In this document: one piece after another, positions 6,908-13,619 of the stretch
How the letters are laid out: the number at the start of each line of letters is the position of its first letter
Numbering within the stretch: the first letter of the stretch is position 1
Source: an uncultured Verrucomicrobiae bacterium
GTDB taxonomy: Bacteria; Verrucomicrobiota; Verrucomicrobiia; Limisphaerales; JAFGQR01
Reading direction: 5' to 3'
Assembly (NCBI GenBank): GCA_963788655.1
Contig: CAWBHS010000073.1
Location: 1-13,619 of the forward strand
Length of the DNA: 13,619 nt
The notes under the pieces: generated by a model
Told to the model about the DNA's origin: nothing
Databases searched by the model: none
What the model saw: the letters and a program-made list of their open reading frames with translations, nothing else
Program-made: the position numbers and the translations under genes

Positions 6908-9721
6908 ATGGCAACGCCGAACCCATCCATGGCGAGCGAGGGTAACCGGGTCAGCCGGCAACTCGCCATTCTGGTCAGCGATTGTCCCGGCCTGCACGAG
7001 CAAGCCCAACAACTCGGCGACGTGGAAACCGGACGCCGGACCAACCGGCTGTTGGCGCTTCAGGAAGTCATCGTCACCCGCGGCGGCGCCGGTCAGGTGC
7101 TGCCCTACGGCGCGCATGCATTTTGCGCCGTATTTGACAAACCGTCCGACGCCCTCAATCGCGCTTTGGAAATTCAGCGCGTGCTGAATGGCGGCACGAC
7201 TGACGGATCACTCTCGGCTTTGCCCTCGGTGCGCATCGGTTTGCACTTGGGGGAAGTGGCGTTTCAACAAGGGACCCGCGTGGAAATCATCAGCCGACAC
7301 CTCAACCGCGCGAACAAGGTGATGGAAGCTGCGGCGCCCGGTCAAATTTATGCGACCGAAGCCGTCATCGAAGCGGGCCGCGATTTCATCGACCTTCCCC
7401 CGGACGCCTTGGCCTTACGGCACTACGGTGAGTATTACCTGAACGAGGTCGGCGCCACGCACCTCTGTGAAGTCACGGACGTTCGCTTCCGCCCGCCCGA
7501 ACCGCCGCGCTTAACCAATCAGCTCCAGGCGGAAGCCGCGTTGGCGGGCCGCTTGGAAATGGCGGGTTACAGTGCGCTGGCCCGACTGGGTGAAGGCGGC
7601 AATGGCGTGGTGTACCGGGCCACGCGCACGGAAACCGGCGAGACGGTGGCCGTCAAGGTCCTGGCGCCCGCCTGGAACAAAGTGCCATCGGCGCGTCAGC
7701 AATTGGCCGCCGACACCGCCCGTCTGCAACCGCTCAACCTCGCCGGAGTGGTTCGCCGGATTGAGGATTGTCTGGATCATCATCCGCCGTTTCTGGTCAT
7801 GGAGTGGATCGATGGCCAACCCTTGGACGTAGCGCTCCAGGGGGCCAAGCCGGAACGGATTGCGCGCGTCATGCAATCGGTCTGTCAGTTCCTCGCCCGA
7901 ATCCATTCCGCCAATTTGGTGCATGGCGATTTAAAGCCGGAAAACATTCTCCTGCGTGCGGACGACGTGCCGGTTTTGACCGATTTTGGTATGGCCGCTT
8001 TGACGGGGACTTCCGCGGTCGGCACGGTTTCAGGCGCGCCGCTGTCCGGCTCCATCGCGTATCTGGCGCCGGAAGTCATCGCGGGCAAGCCCAGCGGACC
8101 GGCGGCGGACCTTTACGCGCTGGGGGCGGTGCTGTTCAAAGTGCTCACCGGTCAGGAACCTTTTGGTGACCGCAGCCAGCATGACCTCGCGCAAGCGCAG
8201 TTGTACGAAGATCCGCCCTTGCCGGCGACGGTGAATCCTCTCGTGCCGGATGCGCTTCAACGGATCTGCCTGAAAGCGCTGGAGAAGAATCCCGCGGAAC
8301 GATATGCCAACGCCGCCGCGATGGCCGCCGACTTGGAGCGATTCCTCGCGGGCGCCGTGGTCCATACGCGCCCGACGGCTTATGACAACTTGTTGTATCA
8401 TCGAGTGCAACGGCATGTGGACGAGGTGCAGGCTTGGTCGGCGCGCGGTCTTTTGAACGAGGAGGAATCGCACCGTCTGCTCTCGGCCTACGAGGGATTG
8501 GAACGGCGGGGCATTCCGGCAGTAATGGAAAGCCGCGTGTATCGGCTCTGGCAAACACTGGTGTATTTGGGCGGTTGGGCGGTCGTCAATGGGGCGTTGC
8601 TCTGGCTGGTGTTGCATTGGGATACGCTGACGCGCTTGCAGAAGCTGACGTTGGGCTCGGTGCCCGCAATCACTGCCTTCGCCCTGGCCATTGCCATGAT
8701 GAAGCTGGAGCGGTTTCGGCTCACGTTTTTGGCGCTGGTGGTCGGAATCGTCGCCGTGCCCTTGGTGGCGGGGGTGTGGTTGCACGAATTTCACGTGGCC
8801 GCGGAAGTGTCCGAAGGTTCCTTGACGCAGGAATTGTTTTACGAGGGGGATCGAAGTGTCTGGCTCACCAATCTGCAAATTCTCATGGCCGCCATGGCCA
8901 CGTTCGCCGTGGCGGCCGGCGTGATGTCGTACACGCGAACGATTACCCACAGTACTCAGGCCATGTTGGCGTTTGCGTTGCTTTACTGTGCGGAGCTCTT
9001 GTTCTTCGACTTGAAAGCCGAGTGGGAAGCCGAGCATTGGGCGGCGCTCAGCTTGCAGTATGTTCCCTTGTGGCTGATTTGTGCGGGCGTGATTGGCTGG
9101 TTGTTGCGTCAACCGGATCGGGCGCATCAAGCGGCGCCGTGGATTGTTTTCGCCGCCGTGCTGGCCATTGGCATCACGGATGTGTTGGCGATGCACGGAT
9201 TGCGGGAGTGGAAGCAACTGGACCCGATGATTCGCCCGCCTGCCTCGTTTTTGCTGTTGTCACTGGCCGGAGTCACGCAAACCGGCTTGGGCCTCTGGGC
9301 CCGCAAGTATCTGCAACATCGCGGTCGGCTGGCCGTGTTGATTTTGGTTGTCGCCGGTCTGTCCAGTGTGTTGGCCGGGCTTGGCTTGGCGGGCATGTCT
9401 GATTATTGGCCGGACACTTGGTGGTCGCCGAAGCTCTTCGGGCAAGCGGTTCCCGTGGTGCATCTGGCCCTGCCGCTGGTTTCGCTCGCCACTGCGTTGC
9501 TGGCGTGCCGATTCCAAATGTTCACCTTCCTGGGCTTGGGACTGGGAGGTTTTGCGGTCAGTGTTCATTTATTGGGCGAACTGTATTTCAAGGCCGTCAG
9601 TGGCTGGCCGAAATGGATCATGATCCTCGGCGCGATCGGTTTCATTGGTGCGCTGTGGATGGAACTCAAGCGGACGCGCGGGAACGCCGTGGGCGACGCC
9701 ATCACCCAACAACGATTATGA
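6908..9721 (+). CDS. Fusion: degenerate class III adenylate/guanylate cyclase-like domain + Hanks-type Ser/Thr kinase + DUF2157-like multi-pass membrane domain
   Basis: Cyclase-like ~6950-7480 (AILVSD, VRIGLHLGEV, LNRANKV, PGQIYATE). Kinase ~7565-8350 (LGEGGNGVVY, VAVKV, HGDLKPEN, DFG, YLAPE, DLYALG). Then W-x-x-RGLL...Y...LVYLGG...HWDTL...K (DUF2157 pattern) and about a dozen hydrophobic segments. Start 6908 or 6929. Confidence 0.88.
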   Translation: MATPNPSMASEGNRVSRQLAILVSDCPGLHEQAQQLGDVETGRRTNRLLALQEVIVTRGGAGQVLPYGAHAFCAVFDKPSDALNRALEIQRVLNGGTTDGSLSALPSVRIGLHLGEVAFQQGTRVEIISRHLNRANKVMEAAAPGQIYATEAVIEAGRDFIDLPPDALALRHYGEYYLNEVGATHLCEVTDVRFRPPEPPRLTNQLQAEAALAGRLEMAGYSALARLGEGGNGVVYRATRTETGETVAVKVLAPAWNKVPSARQQLAADTARLQPLNLAGVVRRIEDCLDHHPPFLVMEWIDGQPLDVALQGAKPERIARVMQSVCQFLARIHSANLVHGDLKPENILLRADDVPVLTDFGMAALTGTSAVGTVSGAPLSGSIAYLAPEVIAGKPSGPAADLYALGAVLFKVLTGQEPFGDRSQHDLAQAQLYEDPPLPATVNPLVPDALQRICLKALEKNPAERYANAAAMAADLERFLAGAVVHTRPTAYDNLLYHRVQRHVDEVQAWSARGLLNEEESHRLLSAYEGLERRGIPAVMESRVYRLWQTLVYLGGWAVVNGALLWLVLHWDTLTRLQKLTLGSVPAITAFALAIAMMKLERFRLTFLALVVGIVAVPLVAGVWLHEFHVAAEVSEGSLTQELFYEGDRSVWLTNLQILMAAMATFAVAAGVMSYTRTITHSTQAMLAFALLYCAELLFFDLKAEWEAEHWAALSLQYVPLWLICAGVIGWLLRQPDRAHQAAPWIVFAAVLAIGITDVLAMHGLREWKQLDPMIRPPASFLLLSLAGVTQTGLGLWARKYLQHRGRLAVLILVVAGLSSVLAGLGLAGMSDYWPDTWWSPKLFGQAVPVVHLALPLVSLATALLACRFQMFTFLGLGLGGFAVSVHLLGELYFKAVSGWPKWIMILGAIGFIGALWMELKRTRGNAVGDAITQQRL

Positions 9722-11016
9722 ACGCCACGGAAGTCCCACCTCCGCCCGCTGTGCCTGACCACGATTTGCTGCGATGCGTTGGCCGCGGCAGCTATGGCGC
9801 AGTCTGGCTGGCGCAAAGTGTCACCGGGCGGTTTCGCGGTATAAAAATCATCCAGCGACAATCCTTCGATCATGAGCGGCCATTCGAACGGGAATTCACG
9901 GGGATCCAAAAATACGAACCGATTTCCCGTACGCACGCCGGATTGGTCGCCGTGCTGCACGTGGGCCGCGGCGACGGCTATTTCTATTATGTGATGGAAG
10001 TGGCCGACGACCAGCAGACCGGGTCGCAGATTCACCCGTCCCAATACGCGCCTCGGACGCTCAGCAGCGAACTCGCCCAGCGTGGCCGGTTGCCGCCGGC
10101 GGAGTGCGTGCAACTCAGCCTGCGGCTGACCGACGCGCTGGAACACCTGCACCAGGAGGGATTGGTGCATCGCGACATCAAGCCCTCGAACATTATCTTC
10201 ATCAATGGTGCGCCCAAGTTTGCGGACATTGGCCTGGTGACCGGTATTGGCGCCCCAGCGACTTATGTGGGCACGGCGGGTTACATCGCGCCGGAAGGTC
10301 CGGGCAGTGCCGCCGCCGATCTGTTCAGTCTGGGCAAAGTCTTGTACGAAATCAGCATGGGCAAGGACCGTGAAGAATTTCCGGAACTGCCCACGCAATT
10401 GCGGGAATTGCCGGATGCCCCGGCGCTCGTCCAGCTCAATTCAATCATTCTTCGCGCCTGCGCATCAGATCCCAAACGTCGCTTTGCCAGTGCGGCGGAA
10501 ATGCATCAGGCCCTGGCGCAGCTTGCTCCGATCCTGAATGATCCCGCCGCGCTGGCATCGGCCCCAAGCGCGGCTGATCCGTCCGGCACGTCCGGGAAGC
10601 CATCGGTTGTTTTTCTCAATACCGGCCACGATCCACGCGCCGTTGACTTGGCCCGGGCGTTGATCGACCGGCTACAGGTGCATGGGATCGAGAGTTGGCT
10701 CGACGATCAACCGCAGCCCAGCGTGACTTGGGCGCGTGATTTGGAGGTCCGGCTGGAGAACGCTTCCGTGGTCGTCGCGCTGCTGTCTGCCCACAGCATC
10801 CCCGATGAAATGCTGCATTACGGACTCGAACTGGTGCGTCCGCCGACCCCGAATACAAGTCCTCGCCGACCGTTGGTCGGGGTGTTCATGGGAGCGCGGG
10901 GCGCAGTGCCGCGGTTGTTGGAACTGGCTTTGCAGCACGCCACAATTCTGGATTGGACCGGCCCTCAGGACAGCGACGCGGTGGCCGATACGCTGCGGCC
11001 GATGATCAATTACTGA
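9718..11016 (+). CDS. Ser/Thr protein kinase with C-terminal TIR-like domain
   Basis: ATG 9718 overlaps the upstream TGA (ATGA). Kinase: VGRGSYGAVW, GIKII, EREF, HRDIKPSN, ADIGLV, GTAGYIAPE, DLFSLG. TIR-like ~10600-11010: VVFLN...ARALIDRL..HGIESWLD...W..DLEVRLENASVVVALLSAHS. 432 aa. Confidence 0.9.
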   Translation: MNATEVPPPPAVPDHDLLRCVGRGSYGAVWLAQSVTGRFRGIKIIQRQSFDHERPFEREFTGIQKYEPISRTHAGLVAVLHVGRGDGYFYYVMEVADDQQTGSQIHPSQYAPRTLSSELAQRGRLPPAECVQLSLRLTDALEHLHQEGLVHRDIKPSNIIFINGAPKFADIGLVTGIGAPATYVGTAGYIAPEGPGSAAADLFSLGKVLYEISMGKDREEFPELPTQLRELPDAPALVQLNSIILRACASDPKRRFASAAEMHQALAQLAPILNDPAALASAPSAADPSGTSGKPSVVFLNTGHDPRAVDLARALIDRLQVHGIESWLDDQPQPSVTWARDLEVRLENASVVVALLSAHSIPDEMLHYGLELVRPPTPNTSPRRPLVGVFMGARGAVPRLLELALQHATILDWTGPQDSDAVADTLRPMINY

Positions 11017-11065
11017 TGAGAGCTTGGGATGGACGACGCATGGTGACATTCAATCGGCTCCTTCA

Positions 11066-11197
11066 CCCTCACCCTAACCCTCTCCCCAAGGAGAGGGAAC
11101 AGATGGAGGTGCCGCTACGGAAACCAAGGGACATCGTGTTTTCAGAAGACCGGTCATCGATTCTCCCTCTCCCTGGGGGAGAGGGCCGGGGTGAGGG
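11066..11197. repeat. REP-like inverted repeat (ccctcaccc...ccctctccc family)
   Basis: ccctcaccctaaccctctccccaaggagaggga (11066-11098) matches the reverse complement of tccctctccctgggggagagggccggggtgaggg (11164-11197). Confidence 0.85.
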
Positions 11198-11427
11198 GAA
11201 ACAAAACCATCGGTTAATCCAAAGTGTATTCCATCCAGTCGACTGCACAGTATGGTTGAATTGGATGCACACGGATAAGTAGCCAAAAGATTAATATGGC
11301 CACACGTTACCGATGAATTGCCGTCCAGTTTTTCTGACAGAATTCTCATTGATGAGCGAATCCTTGATTAAAGTGATCACTGAAATGACTGAATGTTGTG
11401 CCGTTCTAAAAAGCGGTTTGGAAGATG

Positions 11428-11513
11428 GTAGCAGCCGACGTAAGGAGGCTCATTCTTCTCGGAAGCAGCACGGTTTTCCGAGAAATATTGAGCCTCCTGA
11501 CGTCGGCTGCTAC
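11428..11513. repeat. GTAG-type REP long hairpin
   Basis: gtagcagccgacgtaaggaggctca (11428-11452) pairs with tgagcctcctgacgtcggctgctac (11489-11513) with 1 mismatch. Inner stem ttctcggaa/ttccgagaa. Confidence 0.88.
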
Positions 11514-11589
11514 GAGATGGATAAAGTTTTCGAAAAGGCGCTAAAACCGCGGCACACTTCGTCCGTCGGTACGGTGCCGCCCTGCTGCC

Positions 11590-12213
11590 ATGCCTCCGAA
11601 ACGTAATTCGTGGGTGGCCACCCGCCGCAGTTTGTTGAGCCGCTTGCGCGATTGGGCTGACCAGCAAAGCTGGCAGGAGTTTTTTGATGCCTATTGGAAA
11701 CTCATTTATTGGGCCGCGACGCGCTCCGGTTTGAACGATGCCGCCGCCCAGGACGTGGTTCAGGAGGTTATCATGGCCGTCGCCCGGCGCATGCCCGATT
11801 TCCGGTATGATCCCGCGCTGGGGTCATTTAAGAATTGGCTGCTCCAGATTACCCGGCGAAGAATCATCGATCAACTCCGCCGGCACTATCGCGAATCCAA
11901 GGTGCTGCAACCCCCAGCCGACCATTTCACGGCCACCCTCGAGCAAGTGCCCGATTCGGCGGCGGATGACTTGGAACACCATTGGGACGAGGAATGGGAA
12001 CAGAACTTATTGGACGCCGCGCTGCAACGGGTCAAACGGCAAGTCGATGCCAGACAATTTCAGATTTTTGATTGCCACGTGCTGAAGGCGTGGTCGGTCA
12101 AAGATGTTGTGCGCACGCTCAAGGTCACGGACAATCAGGTTTATCTCGCCAAGTCCCGGATTACCGCATTGATCCGCAACGAATGTGAGCGCCTGCGCCA
12201 GGACATGCTCTGA
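11590..12213 (+). CDS. ECF RNA polymerase sigma-70 factor (kinase-associated PVC type)
   Basis: 207 aa. TRRSLLSRL..W.DQQSWQEF; region 2 AQDVVQEV...FRYDP..GSFKNWLLQITRRRIID; region 4 HTH (QIFDC...WSVKDVVRTLKVTDNQVYLAKSR). No anti-sigma gene adjacent. Confidence 0.93.
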   Translation: MPPKRNSWVATRRSLLSRLRDWADQQSWQEFFDAYWKLIYWAATRSGLNDAAAQDVVQEVIMAVARRMPDFRYDPALGSFKNWLLQITRRRIIDQLRRHYRESKVLQPPADHFTATLEQVPDSAADDLEHHWDEEWEQNLLDAALQRVKRQVDARQFQIFDCHVLKAWSVKDVVRTLKVTDNQVYLAKSRITALIRNECERLRQDML

Positions 12214-12272
12214 GCTGAATCACGATTTGATGACAGATTTGGCCCGCGCGAACGAATACCTCAGTAAAAAGT

Positions 12273-12983
12273 ATGAACACGATATTATTTCTTCGATCCA
12301 TTCTCACTTCATTCAACCAGCAACTTGGTGGCCGCCGCGCCGAGACTTCAACTCCAACCACTCCGCGATGGTGGAGTTACCTGCTGGCAATTGCCGCTCT
12401 GGGATTGATGGTAGGGTGTATTCCGGTGGCGTTGTCTCCCTTTTACCAGGAAGCCGATCTGGTGTCCGATCCGGCGCTGGTGGGGCTTTGGCGTGATAAA
12501 CCGGATTCAAAGGAAAGTTGGAAATTCGAGGCCGGCAAGGATAAGGCGTATCGATTGACGATCACCGAGGAGGAAGGCGCATCTCCCTTCGTGGCACACC
12601 TGTTCCAAATCAACGGTCAGCGCTTCCTGGATCTGTTCCCGGACGACTCCGCGATGAACGATATGAAGCAGGCATCGTTGTACAAATTCTCGCTGATCCC
12701 GGGCCATCTGCTACTTCGCGTCAAACAAATCGAACCTTCGTTGCAATCGCAGGTCTTGGATTATGACTGGCTGAAGAAGTTCTTGCATGAACATCCCACC
12801 GCCTTGGCCCATCAGTACGTGGGGGAGAACAGCGACCATGCCCGATTGGTGTTTACGGGCCCCACCGCGCAACTGCAACAGTTCATCAAACAACAGCTCA
12901 ATAATCCAGACGCCTGGTCCAAATCCGACACGGATGGTCTGCACCAGGAGGCCAAGGGCAACGGGCCAGGGAAGAAGCGCTAA
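12273..12983 (+). CDS. Putative lipoprotein of unknown function
   Basis: 236-aa ORF. Hydrophobic stretch ending in the lipobox-like LMVG-C, followed by a soluble domain (DPALVGLW, FLDLFP, LIPGH). The N-region before the h-region is unusually long, so the start is uncertain. Confidence 0.75.
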   Translation: MNTILFLRSILTSFNQQLGGRRAETSTPTTPRWWSYLLAIAALGLMVGCIPVALSPFYQEADLVSDPALVGLWRDKPDSKESWKFEAGKDKAYRLTITEEEGASPFVAHLFQINGQRFLDLFPDDSAMNDMKQASLYKFSLIPGHLLLRVKQIEPSLQSQVLDYDWLKKFLHEHPTALAHQYVGENSDHARLVFTGPTAQLQQFIKQQLNNPDAWSKSDTDGLHQEAKGNGPGKKR

Positions 12984-13003
12984 CCTTCTCCGTCGGCCGA
13001 GAT

Positions 13004-13081
13004 TCAATTATGCGGTAGGACGCGACCACGAGGCGCCTGCTGGATCATCCAACTGTTGACGAACAACCCGACAATCCTCAT
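13004..13081 (-). pseudogene. Putative truncated toxin (RelE/ParE position) stub
   Basis: ATG overlaps the antitoxin stop (ATGA). Reads MRIV, then non-toxin-like sequence, and stops after 25 aa. Assignment is positional only. Confidence 0.4.
13015..13069. repeat. Partial GTAG-REP/MITE-like remnant
   Basis: gtaggacgcgaccacgaggcgcc (13015-13037) is GTAG followed by a weak palindrome. No partner arm. Lies where the toxin gene body should be. Confidence 0.35.
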
Positions 13082-13311
13082 GGCGCCAGCGTCTTGTCAA
13101 TCCGCGCCAGCACTTGATCGTACGGAATGCCCTCAGTCCGGCCGTCCTCCACCGCGCGAATCCGCTCACTAATCTCCGTCTCCCATGCTTGATCAACCTT
13201 ATCTTCGGACAAGGGGTTATCCAGTTCGATCAAAAAACGAGCGAGCGCAAGACGCTGGTGCCGAGGAAACTGGATTGCCTCCCGACTGACCTTCTCCAGT
13301 GCCGTACTCCT
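13078..13311 (-). pseudogene. Addiction module antitoxin (TIGR02574 / Unstab_antitox family), canonical start codon missing
   Basis: Manual translation: (R)STALEKVSREAIQFPRHQRLALARFLIELDNPLSEDKVDQAWETEISERIRAVEDGRTEGIPYDQVLARIDKTLAP*. Family pattern A..LP..R..LA..L...W..EI..R....G...IP...V. Expected ATG reads AGG (13311-13309), with an in-frame TAA 4 codons upstream. Confidence 0.8.
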
Positions 13312-13317
13312 GGAGGA

Positions 13318-13345
13318 ACATTATTCATCCGCCCAAAAATGTCGA
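13318..13345 (-). promoter_or_regulatory. Putative sigma70 promoter of the TA module
   Basis: Minus strand TCGACA (13345-13340), 16 nt spacer, TAATGT (13323-13318), then 6 nt before the AGG/ATG position. This fits a leaderless transcript. Confidence 0.4.
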
Positions 13346-13357
13346 GCCCGTCCTTCC

Positions 13358-13485
13358 CGCCAACGACAAAAGTGAGCGACAGCCCCGGAAGCGCCAGCCT
13401 GAACTCACAATAAGGGCCTCAAGCTTCATGATCAACGCCCGCTGCTGAGCCGGGTAGGCTGTTCGATCAATCGACCTGGTTGGAC
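13358..13485 (-). mobile_element. Integron attC-like recombination site
   Basis: Minus strand, 3 nt after the lepB stop: R'' GTCCAAC, then CAGGTC, GATTGATCGAACAGCC ... GGCTGTC, L' GCTCACT, TTTGTC, R' GTTGGCG. 128 bp. Arms are complementary with an extra unpaired base. L'' and spacer are slightly degenerate. Confidence 0.6.
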
Positions 13486-13488
13486 ATT

Positions 13489-13619
13489 TCATTTGTCCAT
13501 CACTCTACCAAGAATGTTCTCACGTGGTAAAGCGCCCCAGTAGCGGCTGTCCAGTGCGTTTGTCGTATTGTCGCCCAGCAGAAAATATGAGCCTGTCGGC
13601 ACCCGATACGGATACGAAA
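13489..13619 (-). CDS. lepB: Signal peptidase I (S26 family), 3' end only (runs off window)
   Basis: Manual translation SYPYRVPTGSYFLLGDNTTNALDSRYWGALPRENILGRVMDK* carries the S26 box E motif VP.G.YF.LGDN....DSR.WG..P..NI.G. Confidence 0.9.
   Translation of the reverse strand, partial: SYPYRVPTGSYFLLGDNTTNALDSRYWGALPRENILGRVMDK

Noticed and set aside
9406..9717. N-terminal 104 aa of the 536-aa ORF
   Set aside because: It overlaps the upstream gene in another frame. The ATGA-coupled ATG 9718 sits directly before the kinase domain.
6908..11016. Calling the locus Pycsar, CBASS or Thoeris
   Set aside because: The cyclase and TIR are both fused to kinases and lack key catalytic residues. No cNMP-binding, CD-NTase or ThsA-type partner is present.
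10953..11606. Short ORFs 10953-11282, 11313-11606 and their antisense ORFs
   Set aside because: They are translations of REP palindromes (PHPNPLP, PLPGGEGRGEG, SSRRKEA) and not credible proteins.
12977..13062. Possible second attC (CGTCAAC...GTTAGCG on the minus strand)
   Set aside because: No complementary L boxes or paired arms. The GTTAG is simply the complement of the lipoprotein stop region.
13114..13413. 99-aa plus-strand ORF
   Set aside because: It is the antisense of the antitoxin gene and attC-like site. The minus-strand frame carries the family signature.

Overview
GC-rich bacterial window. Gene families and intergenic palindromic repeat types suggest Verrucomicrobiota/PVC (inference). 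Left part: a membrane-anchored alpha/beta hydrolase, a class I/II PLP aminotransferase, two tandem paralogous ~255-aa unknown proteins that appear to combine an L7/L12-CTD (ClpS-like) domain with a PH-like domain, and a convergent secreted right-handed beta-helix protein. Centre: a signalling cluster made of a degenerate class III nucleotidyl cyclase-Ser/Thr kinase-DUF2157-like multi-TM fusion, a translationally coupled Ser/Thr kinase-TIR fusion, an ECF sigma factor and a lipoprotein. Right end, minus strand, missed by the ORF track: the 3' end of a signal peptidase I gene, an integron attC-like site, and a decayed addiction-module TA pair (TIGR02574-type antitoxin with no canonical start, toxin apparently lost after about 4 codons). 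At least five REP/MITE-like palindromic elements lie in intergenic regions.
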